A stretch of DNA of 64,000 nucleotides from an uncultured Pseudomonadota bacterium (GTDB lineage Bacteria; Oederibacteriota; Muellerivitia; Muellerivitales; Muellerivitaceae): NCBI GenBank assembly GCA_963836235.1, contig CAWIIP010000002.1, positions 672,001-736,000 on the forward strand. Reading direction: 5' to 3'. Below, in pieces: positions 45,080 to 56,963 of this stretch (positions are counted from its first letter, which is position 1; the number at the start of each line of letters is the position of its first letter). The notes beneath the pieces were generated by a model. It did no database searches, had not been told where the DNA came from, and was given only the letters and a program-made list of their open reading frames with translations. Made by a program: the position numbers and the translations under genes.

Positions 45080-46297
45080 TCAACCAACAGCATTGCCAAT
45101 TTCAAACATTGGCATAAACATAGCCACAACAATAAAACCAATCGTTACACCTAAAAAAACAATCAAAATAGGCTCAATAATTGATGTCAAACCCTCAACA
45201 GCAGCATCAACTTCATCCTCGTAAAAATCGGCTATTTTGCTCAACATTGTGTCTAAAGCTCCGGTTTCTTCTCCAACATTGATCATTTGGGTTACCATTG
45301 GGGGAAAAACTTTACTTTCTTTCAACGGTTGCGTTAAGGTCTTACCTTCTCTGACAGAATCACGAGCATTTAATACGGCTTTTTCCAAAACAAGATTACC
45401 AGAGGTTTTAGCAACTGTTTCTAACGCATCCATGATAGGCACACCCGACTTGATTAGAGTTCCCAAGGTTCGGGCAAACTTTGCCACAGCAGCTTTTTGA
45501 ACCAAAACTCCAAAAACCGGAAGACTCAAAATCATTTTGTCCCAATTATAAGCTCCTACCTTAGTTTTGCGATACAAGGTTAAAGCAATCCAAGCCGCAA
45601 ATAAGAAGACAACAATAAGGAGCGATTTCTTACTCGCCAAAAAATCGCTGACATCAATAAGGAACTGGGTTGGAGCAGGTAACTTCGCTCCGAAAGACGC
45701 AAAAACATCACGAAAAGTAGGAACTACTTTTACCATGAGAAAAATAACAACTAAACAAGCCACCGACATAACAACTACAGGATACATCATTGCCGATTTC
45801 ACTTTTCTCGACACGCCTTCTGCTTTTTCTAAATACTCCGAAAGTCGCTCAAAAATCACATCTAAAATACCACCCTGTTCGCCAGCCTTGACCATATTGA
45901 CATAAAGTGTCGTAAAAACTTTAGGATATTTGGCCATCGCATCTGAAAGTGGTACACCATTGGAGATGTCGTCTCGGACTTTCGTCATAACTGCTCGAAA
46001 GTCTGGATTTTCCGCTTGCTCCGCCACGATCGTCAAGCCTTGGAGAATCGGCAACCCCGCGTTCACCATCGTAGAGAACTGGCGGCTAAAAATCACAACG
46101 TCTTTCGTCGTTACCTTCCCTCCTTTTTTATTCAGTGCGGCCCAAATTGAACCTAACCCACCCGCCTGGGAAGTCGAAACAAGCTCCAATCTCTTTTGTC
46201 GAAGTGCAGACGCTACACCAGCTTCGTTTTCAGCAATAATAGTTCCTTCTATAACTTTGCCCATATTATTTCGGGCCTTATATTTAAAGTTTGGCAT
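45080..46297 (-). CDS. pilC: Type IV pilus platform protein
   Basis: FSRQFSTMVNAGLP, AGEQGG, AMMYP, VGEETG, IEP, MFMPMF. Confidence 0.95.
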   Translation of the reverse strand: MPNFKYKARNNMGKVIEGTIIAENEAGVASALRQKRLELVSTSQAGGLGSIWAALNKKGGKVTTKDVVIFSRQFSTMVNAGLPILQGLTIVAEQAENPDFRAVMTKVRDDISNGVPLSDAMAKYPKVFTTLYVNMVKAGEQGGILDVIFERLSEYLEKAEGVSRKVKSAMMYPVVVMSVACLVVIFLMVKVVPTFRDVFASFGAKLPAPTQFLIDVSDFLASKKSLLIVVFLFAAWIALTLYRKTKVGAYNWDKMILSLPVFGVLVQKAAVAKFARTLGTLIKSGVPIMDALETVAKTSGNLVLEKAVLNARDSVREGKTLTQPLKESKVFPPMVTQMINVGEETGALDTMLSKIADFYEDEVDAAVEGLTSIIEPILIVFLGVTIGFIVVAMFMPMFEIGNAVG

Positions 46298-46333
46298 TTT
46301 TAAGCCTTTCCAAGTCAAGGAACCCGAATGAAA

Positions 46334-47398
46334 TTAAATCACGCCTTTTACCATCCGTTGCAATTCTTTCGGATCCAATGTCCGGGAGAAAATTTCGTTA
46401 TAACTTACAAGTTGTTTTTGATAAAGCTCAAACAAAGATTGATTCATGGTCTGCATTCCATACTCAGTTCCCGTTTGCATGGACGAATAAATTTGGTGAA
46501 TTTTTTCCTCGCGAATGAGATTTCGAATTGCCGCAGTCGGGATGAGCACTTCCAATGCAAGGCACCGGCCGGATCCATAGGCCTTCGGTAATAGTTGCTG
46601 GGAGAGCACAGCTTGAAGGACAAAGGATATCTGTGCCCGAATCTGTTGTTGCTGGCCCGCGGGAAAAACATCAATGATACGGTTTATGGTTTGGATCGCA
46701 TCGACCGTATGCAATGTGGCGAAAACCAAGTGACCCGTTTCAGCGATAGTCAAAGCGGCATTCACGGTTTCCAAATCACGCATTTCACCAATGAGGATGA
46801 CATCCGGATCCTGACGCAAAGCATATTTTAGAGCAGATGTAAAAGTATGTGTATCCGTCCCAACCTCTCTTTGATTAACAATGCAGGATTTGTGAGTGTG
46901 CACATACTCAATGGGATCTTCTATAGTGATAATATGGTGTTGTTGATTTGTATTAATCCAATCCAGCATAGCCGCTAGGGTCGTTGATTTGCCTGACCCC
47001 GTTGGCCCCGTAACCAAAACTAATCCTTTCGGTAATTTCACGATGTCTAGCGCAATAGGAGGAAGTTTCAAGTCTTCGAATGTGCGAATGGATGTTGGAA
47101 TATTCCGTAAGGCCGCCGCTACCGCACCCCGTTGTTGATAAACATTCATACGAACACGGCCTACACCTTCAACCCCAAAAGAAACGTCAAGCTCGTTATC
47201 TTTCTCAAACTTCTCTTTTTGCTCATCCGTTAAAATGCTGTAAATAAGCTGCTGGGTTGTTTCTGGCCTTAGTTTTTCATATTCGGTTGCCGTCATAACG
47301 CCGTCAATCCGAAGCATTGGAGGGGCTCCAGCGGTGATATGAAGATCAGAAGCTCCTCTTTCAAACATAAGCCTTAAAAGCGTATCAATATTGACCAT
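46334..47398 (-). CDS. pilT: Pilus retraction ATPase
   Basis: GPTGSGKSTT, EDPIE, LRQDPD, AIRNLIRE, GMQT. Confidence 0.97.
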   Translation of the reverse strand: MVNIDTLLRLMFERGASDLHITAGAPPMLRIDGVMTATEYEKLRPETTQQLIYSILTDEQKEKFEKDNELDVSFGVEGVGRVRMNVYQQRGAVAAALRNIPTSIRTFEDLKLPPIALDIVKLPKGLVLVTGPTGSGKSTTLAAMLDWINTNQQHHIITIEDPIEYVHTHKSCIVNQREVGTDTHTFTSALKYALRQDPDVILIGEMRDLETVNAALTIAETGHLVFATLHTVDAIQTINRIIDVFPAGQQQQIRAQISFVLQAVLSQQLLPKAYGSGRCLALEVLIPTAAIRNLIREEKIHQIYSSMQTGTEYGMQTMNQSLFELYQKQLVSYNEIFSRTLDPKELQRMVKGVI

Positions 47399-47431
47399 GG
47401 GATATTTGTGTCTCCTTTACGAGATAATGCT

Positions 47432-49204
47432 TTATTCTTCGTTCGAATCAGCGTGAGCTACACGCAAGAGTTCTTCAACCGACGTCATTCCCTTTAAAAC
47501 TTTCTTCACGCCACATTCCCTAAGTGTCTGCATTCCCCCGGCTCTGGCAATTTTTTTAAGATCAGAAGCGGTTTTTCTTTGCAGAACGCCTTTTTTGAAA
47601 TCTTCGCTTAAAATCATGACTTCATGAATCGCCATACGCCCTTTGTAGCCCGTGTTAGAACAAGTGGCGCATCCCACTCCCCGATGCAAAGTCACCCTTT
47701 CACCCGCATTGGGATTAATTCCCATCTCTTCCAGAACTTCGTCGGGCGCCTCATAGGCTTCCTTACAATCTTTACAAATACGACGGAGTAAACGCTGAGC
47801 AACCACGCAGTGTACAGTGGAGGTAATAAGAAATGGCTCAACTCCCATGTTTCCCATGCGAGTAACTGCCCCTGGAGCGTCATTCGTATGCAGGGTTGAG
47901 AACACTAAGTGCCCCGTTAAAGCAGCGTTAATTGCAATTTCAGCCGTTTCCTTATCGCGAATTTCTCCAACCATGATCACATCCGGATCTTGGCGTAAGA
48001 AGGAGCGCAATCCTGCGGCAAAAGTTAACCCAATTCCCGCTTTGGCATTAACTTGGTTAATGCCTGGAAGGTTATATTCCACTGGATCCTCAATGGTAGA
48101 AATATTTGTATCAGGATTATTGATGTAGTGGAGTGCCGAATAGAGAGTTGTCGACTTACCGGAACCCGTTGGCCCGGTCACTAGAACTAACCCATAGGGC
48201 TCTACGATGGCCTTTTCAAATTTGGGCAAAATATCGTCTTCGAAACCAAGCTTCGGCAGATCCAAAGATAAGTTGGACGAATCCAAAATACGCATAACTA
48301 TCTTCTCACCAAATTGAACGGGGCAAATAGAAACACGAAGGTCGATTTCTTTTCCCAAAACCTTAATTTTAATACGTCCATCCTGTGGCAATCGCCGCTC
48401 CGCAATATCCAACGAGGACATGATCTTTAAACGGGAAGAAATAGCGGCGGACAATGACTTTGGAGGTGATTGAACCTCATGGAGGACGCCATCAATCCGA
48501 TAACGGCACCGAAGGCTTTTTTCATAAGGTTCAATATGGATATCACTGGCTCCCGCCCTTACGGCTTCCGTCAAAACAAGGTTGACCAATCGGACGACAG
48601 GTGCGTCTTCTCCAGCCGCCTCCAACTTAGAAATATCAATTTCCTCATTCTTTTCTTCCATAACTTCTAAGTTCTCGCCACCGCCCATGGAATTGATAAT
48701 TTCCTGCATATCGCCGCCGACTTCACCTCCACCACCGCCGCCACTTGAACCAGAACCACCCGCGGCAGCCCCATAATATTTGGCGTGCATGGCCTTAATT
48801 TCGGTTTCACTGGCAATCGCGGGTTCCACCTCAAAGCCTGTCATCATTTTGATGTCATCAATGGCAAAAACATTGAGCGGATCCGCCATGGCAACGGTAA
48901 GTTTCTTATCTTTTTTAACAATCGGGATCAAACAATGATTGAGGGCGATGGATTCGGGGACCGAGAAAACAACATCATTGGGAATATCCCCGATTTCGAT
49001 GAGGCTTACATGGGGAATACCAAGTTGGGTTCCCACAAAAGCCATAATCACGTCTTGGGTGACGTAACCCTGGCTAATAAGGATTTTTTCGAGACGCCCT
49101 CCCTTGATTTTCTGTTCGTGGAGCGCCTCTTGAAGCTGTTCTTCCGAGATAATCCCTTCATCCACCAACATTTCGCCCAGGCGTTTCTTCATGGATTCAG
49201 GCAT
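47432..49204 (-). CDS. pilB: Pilus extension ATPase with MshEN-type N-terminus
   Basis: RLGEMLVDEG, ASDIHIEP, RLPQDG, GPTGSGKST, tetra-Cys motif. Confidence 0.96.
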   Translation of the reverse strand: MPESMKKRLGEMLVDEGIISEEQLQEALHEQKIKGGRLEKILISQGYVTQDVIMAFVGTQLGIPHVSLIEIGDIPNDVVFSVPESIALNHCLIPIVKKDKKLTVAMADPLNVFAIDDIKMMTGFEVEPAIASETEIKAMHAKYYGAAAGGSGSSGGGGGGEVGGDMQEIINSMGGGENLEVMEEKNEEIDISKLEAAGEDAPVVRLVNLVLTEAVRAGASDIHIEPYEKSLRCRYRIDGVLHEVQSPPKSLSAAISSRLKIMSSLDIAERRLPQDGRIKIKVLGKEIDLRVSICPVQFGEKIVMRILDSSNLSLDLPKLGFEDDILPKFEKAIVEPYGLVLVTGPTGSGKSTTLYSALHYINNPDTNISTIEDPVEYNLPGINQVNAKAGIGLTFAAGLRSFLRQDPDVIMVGEIRDKETAEIAINAALTGHLVFSTLHTNDAPGAVTRMGNMGVEPFLITSTVHCVVAQRLLRRICKDCKEAYEAPDEVLEEMGINPNAGERVTLHRGVGCATCSNTGYKGRMAIHEVMILSEDFKKGVLQRKTASDLKKIARAGGMQTLRECGVKKVLKGMTSVEELLRVAHADSNEE

Positions 49205-49254
49205 TGGAAACCTCGGATGGGTAGAAAATGGACCAGAACCAGCACCAAGAAAGA

Positions 49255-49283
49255 AGTATAGAATCGAAAAAAATCGAAGTCAA
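49255..49283 (-). promoter_or_regulatory. sigma70 promoter for pilB-pilT-pilC
   Basis: TTGACT-N17-TATACT. Confidence 0.7.
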
Positions 49284-49312
49284 CGTTTGTCACCGAAAGC
49301 CAGGTAAAATGG

Positions 49313-50191
49313 TTAATGGGATACCAAACGGTCCAGCAAAACCTTTCGCATCACCGGCAAGGGGGCCTTTTCTCCAGTCCAATACTCGAAGGAAAGGCCG
49401 CCTTGATGCAAAAGCATTCCTATCCCGCCCAAGTTTGACAACCGGCGACGGCGGGCTTCTTTCAAGAAAGCTGTCTCCCGATGATAAATAAGGTCCACTG
49501 CGAAGATTGTTTTTCGAGCGTCCTTAAGAGAAATGGGCGAAGGATCTCCCTCTTTTAACCCCATGGTCGTCGCTTGAACCACCCAGTCACAACGAACCAG
49601 AAGTCTTTCCCCTTCACTCGACGAAACGGAACCAATTCGAAGACGGGGATAGTTTTTTAAAAGCAATCGGACCAATTGTTCAGCCCTTTCCGGGGATCGG
49701 TTGGCGATATAAAGTTCCTTAACACCTGATCGAGCTAAAGCCCCCGCGACCGCTTTGGCCGCGCCCCCAGCACCTATCAACAGGCCCCTTGAACCTCTCA
49801 GCTTTTTTCGCCAAACACCCAAGGATCTTAAAAAACCCTCGCCATCCGTAGAAGTTCCAAAAATTTTTTTCTCCCTGCGATAAATTGTGTTTACCGATCC
49901 TAACCATTGAGCATCTTTTTCCACATGGTCAAGGTAAGGAATGACTGTTTCTTTATAGGGAATGGTAACATTGGCGCCATAAACATTAGGAGAACGGAGG
50001 GCATCTACTCCTTTTTCTAATTCACTGAAAGGAATCTCCAAAGGCGCGTAAGTCCAAGGTAGCTCCATCGTCCAAAAGGCTGCGTTATGCATGGAAGGAG
50101 AAAGAGTGTGTCCTAAGGGATGACCAAGAATAAAAACTAAATGATCGGCACTCTGTAGATTGGGGTCTCGTATTGGTTTAAAAAATTTCAT
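49313..50191 (-). CDS. aroE: Shikimate dehydrogenase
   Basis: HTLSP.MHN, GANVTIPYK, VNT, GAGGAA, DLIY, GMLLHQ. Confidence 0.93.
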   Translation of the reverse strand: MKFFKPIRDPNLQSADHLVFILGHPLGHTLSPSMHNAAFWTMELPWTYAPLEIPFSELEKGVDALRSPNVYGANVTIPYKETVIPYLDHVEKDAQWLGSVNTIYRREKKIFGTSTDGEGFLRSLGVWRKKLRGSRGLLIGAGGAAKAVAGALARSGVKELYIANRSPERAEQLVRLLLKNYPRLRIGSVSSSEGERLLVRCDWVVQATTMGLKEGDPSPISLKDARKTIFAVDLIYHRETAFLKEARRRRLSNLGGIGMLLHQGGLSFEYWTGEKAPLPVMRKVLLDRLVSH

Positions 50192-50953
50192 TTAGATAGA
50201 GCCATCCGGTGTTGAACCATAAAAAAATTGAACCATGGAAACAATAACGATGCCTGCGGTTTCAGTCCTAAGAATAGGGGTCGGTAAATGGACTGGAGCC
50301 GCCCCTCTTTCCTCGGCTTCAAACACTTCTTCCGTAGTCCAGCCTCCTTCAGGCCCTATTAACACCAAAATTTTCTTCGAAGAGGAATTTGATTCTAACA
50401 TCGTTTTTAAGGTGGGCGCCTCTTTTTCATAAGGCAGTAAAACCTGGTCAAATTCGCCAAACAAATTCAAAGCTTGTTCCCAATTCAAAACCGGATCTAA
50501 TTGAGGTACTTCATTTCGTCCACATTGACGGCTAGCTTCTACTAAAATTTTTTTCCACCGGTCACCTTTGTGGTCGTACTGGGAGACATCCGGACGGGAG
50601 ATGCTTCTCTGGGTTACAAAAGGAATAAAACGGTGGACACCCGCTTCGGTAGCTTGCCGAAGGATTAAATCCATTTTTGCGGCCTTGGGCAAGCTTTGTC
50701 CTAATGCGAGAAAGATATTTTTATCATCCGGGTTTTTCTTATGACGAATTAAGACGGATACCATGCTTTGCCTGGCATCCGCTTTTTTCAACGCCAATTC
50801 ATACTGTTGGCCCTGGGAATCGAACCCCTTAAAAGTTGAACCTTCGGTCAACCGGAGTACCTTGACCAAATATCGTGAAGCGGATTCATCCAAAGTAATT
50901 TCCTGTTGGTTTTCGGGGACCGAGGACAAGAAAAGCCTTGGGATAAAGCTCAT
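50192..50953 (-). CDS. rsmE: 16S rRNA m3U1498 methyltransferase
   Basis: KVLRL, ATEAGV, EASRQCGR, IGPEGG, ILRTETA. Confidence 0.95.
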   Translation of the reverse strand: MSFIPRLFLSSVPENQQEITLDESASRYLVKVLRLTEGSTFKGFDSQGQQYELALKKADARQSMVSVLIRHKKNPDDKNIFLALGQSLPKAAKMDLILRQATEAGVHRFIPFVTQRSISRPDVSQYDHKGDRWKKILVEASRQCGRNEVPQLDPVLNWEQALNLFGEFDQVLLPYEKEAPTLKTMLESNSSSKKILVLIGPEGGWTTEEVFEAEERGAAPVHLPTPILRTETAGIVIVSMVQFFYGSTPDGSI

Positions 50954-50998
50954 GGCTTCACGCCTTTTTTCATATTCGAAAATTCAATCTTATCCGAA

Positions 50999-52159
50999 CT
51001 ACTTTTTCCGGGCAAAAAGGTTTTTCATCCTGCCCATAAATTTTGAAATTTGGGGGGTATTGTTTTCGTTCGAAATAACTTCAAATTCTTCGAGCAATTT
51101 TTTTTGTTTGGAATTCAGGTCCGTTGGCGTTTCAACGGTCACTACCACCAATAAGTCGCCAACGTCCGAGCTTTGCGGACTTTTGAGGCCCTTCTCTTTT
51201 AAACGAAAAACCTTTCCCGTTTGGGTACCCGCCGGAATCTTCATCTTAACCGGGCCTTCCAGCGTGGGCACCTCGATTTCGGTTCCCAGCGAAGCCTGAA
51301 CAAAAGAGATGGGAATTTCACAATGCAGGTCGTTTCCTTCCCGTTCAAAAAAATCATGGGCTTCCACGTGCAGAAAAACATAAAGGTCTCCCCCTGCGCC
51401 CCCATTCAACCCCGCTTCACCTTCACCCCTCAAGCGCAACCGGGAACCTTCGTCCACTCCGGCGGGGACCTTAACGGAAATGACCTTTTCTTTTTCCACC
51501 CGGCCATGTCCATGGCAAGTGGGGCAGGGGCTGCCCGGCATTTCACCTTGGCCGCCGCAACGGGTACAGGTTCGGGCGATGGTGAAAAAACCTTGGGTGG
51601 ACCGGATCTGGCCAACCCCTTTGCACGTGGGACAAACCACCCTTCCCGAACCGGGCTTCGCCCCCGAACCATGACAGGACTCGCAGGTGGATAATTTTTG
51701 AACTTTGATTTCCTTGGTTGTTCCGAAGGCCGCTTCCTCAAAAGTGAGGTTTAAGTCAAATCGAAGATCGTCACCTTCCTGGGCTTGTGTCCGGCCACGC
51801 CCTCCCCGACCCGGCTGGCCGCCACCGAAGAAATTACTGAAAACGTCGCCGAAAATGTCTTCAAAGTCGGCGGCATTCCCAAAATCCTGGGGTCGGAATC
51901 CCCCACCCCCGAATCCTCCGGGCCCACCCGCCCCCACTCCCGCATGGCCAAATTGGTCATAGGCCGCTTTCTTTTGGGAATCGGACAAGACCTCATAGGC
52001 CTCGTTGATTTCCTTAAACTTTTCCTCGGATTCTTTATTGTTGGGATTGGCGTCCGGATGGTACTTTTTGGCCATGTTTCGATAGGCCTTTTTCAGGTCC
52101 TCTGCCGATGCCGTTTTGGACACGCCCAGTAAGTCGTAATAATCTTTTTTGTTAGCCAT
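50999..52159 (-). CDS. dnaJ: Chaperone DnaJ
   Basis: DYY, HPD, G/F region, four CxxCxGxG repeats. Confidence 0.98.
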   Translation of the reverse strand: MANKKDYYDLLGVSKTASAEDLKKAYRNMAKKYHPDANPNNKESEEKFKEINEAYEVLSDSQKKAAYDQFGHAGVGAGGPGGFGGGGFRPQDFGNAADFEDIFGDVFSNFFGGGQPGRGGRGRTQAQEGDDLRFDLNLTFEEAAFGTTKEIKVQKLSTCESCHGSGAKPGSGRVVCPTCKGVGQIRSTQGFFTIARTCTRCGGQGEMPGSPCPTCHGHGRVEKEKVISVKVPAGVDEGSRLRLRGEGEAGLNGGAGGDLYVFLHVEAHDFFEREGNDLHCEIPISFVQASLGTEIEVPTLEGPVKMKIPAGTQTGKVFRLKEKGLKSPQSSDVGDLLVVVTVETPTDLNSKQKKLLEEFEVISNENNTPQISKFMGRMKNLFARKK

Positions 52160-52463
52160 GTTTTCTTTCATTAGGACTAGCCTTTGGTTTGATTGAAAAA
52201 TTTAAGGCCGGCCCGGCAAGGTTTCAATCGGTCGCGACTCGGTTATAACTGATCCAATCCTGAAAGGTTTCTCTGAAACCTCTTTCGACTCCCTCAAACT
52301 ACCATTCTGTTAAAGTCCCGTAAAGACCCCATTTACGCCCAAAAAAATCAAAAATGGTCTTGCGAAAGAAAGCTTCTCTCTTCTAAACTAACCAAGTTTT
52401 TCCTGCATCAGAAGGCGCAAACTCCTCCCGAGAATGGGAGAGTGAATATCGAAGGAGGAAGTC

Positions 52464-52781
52464 ATGCCGTATGTCATTACTGAGAAGTGCTTAGGTGAAG
52501 TTTACGCGCAATGCGTCGATGTATGTCCCGTGAATTGCATTCATCCCGGGGATTACAAGGGCCAGCCTTTCATGATCATCAATCCCGAGGAGTGCACCGA
52601 ATGCACCAGTTGCTATTCGGCCTGCCCTATCGGCGCCATCGTGGAAGACGCGAGCAAGGATCCTGAATATGCCAAGATCAATGCCGAATTGGCTCCCACC
52701 TTTAAGAATAATGCCCCAGTGGCTACCCGCCCGGCTAATGACCCGCCGAAGCGCCCAGATGCGAACAAGCTGGTCAACTAA
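52464..52781 (+). CDS. 7Fe-type ([3Fe-4S][4Fe-4S]) ferredoxin
   Basis: C-x7-C-x3-CP-x2-C and CxxCxxCxxxCP; AAGGAGG RBS. Confidence 0.9.
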   Translation: MPYVITEKCLGEVYAQCVDVCPVNCIHPGDYKGQPFMIINPEECTECTSCYSACPIGAIVEDASKDPEYAKINAELAPTFKNNAPVATRPANDPPKRPDANKLVN

Positions 52782-52793
52782 GTTTTTAGAAAC

Positions 52794-52830
52794 AAAAAGG
52801 CTGCTTCCTCTAAAGGGAGCAGCCTTTTTT
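52794..52830. terminator. Bidirectional terminator
   Basis: AAAAAGGCTGCTTCC-loop-GGGAGCAGCCTTTTTT between convergent genes. Confidence 0.85.
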
Positions 52831-52842
52831 ATTGCCTAAATC

Positions 52843-52863
52843 CTACCTAACGTTTTTTTTGAT
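52843..52863 (-). other. Orphaned native 3' end (IKKNVR*) of the IS-interrupted hydrolase
   Basis: Removing the IS and one TSD copy restores ...EVNEF-IKKNVR-TAG in frame. Confidence 0.75.
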
Positions 52864-52866
52864 AAA

Positions 52867-53918
52867 GCTGAATTCAACCAGTAAGTGCAACACCTAGACG
52901 AAAGACCTGCTCCGGCGTTTTGAAGCGAAGGCACTTGCGTGGACGGCTGTTGAGAGCCCGCTCCACACGTCGCACGTTCGCTGGAGTTATGGTAGCAAAA
53001 TCGGTTTTCTTTGGATAGAAGCGCCGCACCAAACCATTAGTGTTTTCGACGGTTCCCTTTTCCCAACTGTGGAAAGGAAGACAGAAAAAGGAACGGGTTC
53101 CTAAGAGATTGTTAACTTGAAGATGCTCGATGTTTTCAGAGCCGTTGTCGTAAGTAATGGTCCGGCGTAACCCCTTCGGAAAGAGGGTGAGCCGTCGATT
53201 GATAGCTGCTCGTGTTTTCGAAGCGGACTTTTGAGGCAACCAGGCGAGTTTCACGAGGCGGCTTTTTCGTTCGACCATCACCAAAAGGGAGGCTTTACTT
53301 TTTCTGGAGATGATGGTGTCCGCTTCCCAGTGACCAAATTGACGCCGCGTCTGCACGATGGCGGGTCGTTGAGTGATCGGAGTTCGTTCTGGAATATGGC
53401 TTTTTCGATGTTTGTGCGAATGCCATCGGCGAAGCCGCTTTCGATGGGAACGAGCCAAGAGAGGGATGAGGTTTCGGGCTTCGGAATAAATGAACTGGTA
53501 GACGGCCTCGTGGGAAATGAATAGTTTGGAGTTCTCAAGGCGAAGCTGACCAGCAATTTGTTCGGGAGAAAACCCCTGATGAAGCTTACGCAAAACATGT
53601 TGTCGGATCCCTGGTTTTTTGAGACGCAGATGGGTCCGAGAGAGTTGGTTACGCTGGGTAGATCGCAGGTGAGCCCGAGCTGGTAGATAACGGCCAGGAC
53701 GTAAAGGTGGTGCGTTACGCTTCAACTCTCGGGAAACACTGGACACATCACGTTCGAGGCGTCGGGCGATTTCTCGTATGGAGAGGCCTTCTGCCTTCCA
53801 AACTGCGATTTCTTCACGTTCGGCCAACGACAGGTGCTTGTAGGATTGTTTCATAAAACTTAGGATAACCCCCGGATTCTGCCGGGGCTAAGTGTTGCAC
53901 TTCGCTATTGAACTGGGG
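52867..53918 (-). mobile_element. IS30-family insertion sequence, 1052 bp, 3-bp TSD (AAA)
   Basis: Imperfect IRs TTCAA-n5-AAGTGCAACAC-n-TAG at both ends; AAA at 52864-52866 and 53919-53921. Confidence 0.9.
52874..53854 (-). CDS. IS30-family DDE transposase
   Basis: HTH, GHWEADT, TYDNGSE, WEKGTVENTNGL, NSRPRK. Confidence 0.96.
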   Translation of the reverse strand: MKQSYKHLSLAEREEIAVWKAEGLSIREIARRLERDVSSVSRELKRNAPPLRPGRYLPARAHLRSTQRNQLSRTHLRLKKPGIRQHVLRKLHQGFSPEQIAGQLRLENSKLFISHEAVYQFIYSEARNLIPLLARSHRKRLRRWHSHKHRKSHIPERTPITQRPAIVQTRRQFGHWEADTIISRKSKASLLVMVERKSRLVKLAWLPQKSASKTRAAINRRLTLFPKGLRRTITYDNGSENIEHLQVNNLLGTRSFFCLPFHSWEKGTVENTNGLVRRFYPKKTDFATITPANVRRVERALNSRPRKCLRFKTPEQVFRLGVALTG

Positions 53919-54548
53919 AAATTCATTAACTTCTTTTGAATGAGTTAAATTTATCAAGTGCCCGCCACCTCTTATACACTGATCCGGCTCAACATTTCGA
54001 ACAGGAATGAGATGGTCACACTCCCCATGAATGTGATGAACTCTTAGTCGATCACTCTTAAATCCTTCCCAACCTAAAATCGCGTGAAGGGTCCATCGAA
54101 GAAATGAATCGGGTGTTTCCAATAACATTTGAATCAATAAATCCTGTTGTCTTTTTGTTTTGGAACCCAAAAATCGTCCGCTTCTCTTAGGGAAAATTTT
54201 AGCGAGAGTTTTACTAATAAGAGGCCAAGATGGAATATGACCTGACATTCTTAAATACCATGGGATGGCCGAAGGATTTCGGCAACTCGATATCAACAAA
54301 ACGGCCTTGGGTTTTACCCACTTTGCCATTTCAAGAGCTAACATCCCCCCAAAAGAAACACCGATAAGATAGCCACCCGGCTTTAGTTTTAAGTGTCCGG
54401 ACCAACGCTGAGCATAGTGAGAAAGGGATTCGTATTTTTGAGGCAGTAGCCAAGAAGGAGTAAGCGCCTGTTTGAACGCCCTTTTTTGATGGCGAAAAAG
54501 TCGTTTATCGGCTCCCAAACCTGGAATTAAAACCAAAGGAGATTTCAT
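53814..54548 (-). CDS. Alpha/beta hydrolase with C-terminus replaced by IS-derived sequence
   Basis: IPGLGAD, GVSFGG nucleophile elbow, IHGECD, GGGH; start ATG 54548. Confidence 0.85.
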   Translation of the reverse strand: MKSPLVLIPGLGADKRLFRHQKRAFKQALTPSWLLPQKYESLSHYAQRWSGHLKLKPGGYLIGVSFGGMLALEMAKWVKPKAVLLISSCRNPSAIPWYLRMSGHIPSWPLISKTLAKIFPKRSGRFLGSKTKRQQDLLIQMLLETPDSFLRWTLHAILGWEGFKSDRLRVHHIHGECDHLIPVRNVEPDQCIRGGGHLINLTHSKEVNEFPQFNSEVQHLAPAESGGYPKFYETILQAPVVGRT

Positions 54549-54565
54549 GAATTCCGCGATCAGAT

Positions 54566-56425
<1,860 letters not shown>

Positions 56426-56464
56426 TTATTTGGATTGAGTTGAAGTTAAGCGATGTGAAAAACT

Positions 56465-56493
56465 AGCATACCGGGGGTTCCAAGGGATTGCAA
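56465..56493 (-). promoter_or_regulatory. sigma70 promoter for thiC
   Basis: TTGCAA-N17-TATGCT. Confidence 0.6.
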
Positions 56494-56504
56494 CTAATCA
56501 GCCT

Positions 56505-56924
56505 TTAGTCGAATTCTTCCTCGATCTTATAGCATTCGTACCGAAGCTTCTTGAAGCGGACGGATGCGGGATGCTTCAAAAGTTTTGAAAACTCCTCCAA
56601 AGACCTCAAAGCTTCCTGGGTCCGCTTAAGATTCGCCTTTAAAAGATCCTGGGGAGTGGATCGTATCTTTTCGCTTTTTTCTTTGTTTCCGCGGCCCAAG
56701 TCCTTCTCTACGTCTCGGGCAGACTGACGGATTTCATTAGATTGAAACAGGGATTTCTCAGCGCTGGTGACTCCATGGCGGAGTTTCTTCAAACGGGCCA
56801 AAAGCTTGGAATCATCCAAGACAAAGCGGGCTACATCCTCGGCAACGCGAAAACCCTCACGGGCCCGGTTACAATTAGCGTCAAGAGCCCTGAAGACCCC
56901 TCGGTTCGCAAACTGGAACTTCAT
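56505..56924 (-). CDS. Stand-alone ThiD2-domain protein
   Basis: RALDANCNRAREGFRVAED, KKLRH, RDVEKD, NLKRTQEALRSLEE, RY..Y. Confidence 0.85.
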   Translation of the reverse strand: MKFQFANRGVFRALDANCNRAREGFRVAEDVARFVLDDSKLLARLKKLRHGVTSAEKSLFQSNEIRQSARDVEKDLGRGNKEKSEKIRSTPQDLLKANLKRTQEALRSLEEFSKLLKHPASVRFKKLRYECYKIEEEFD

Positions 56925-56963
56925 GAAAACCGCCTCAGGTGGACGCCGGCTCTTTGCCGTCGA

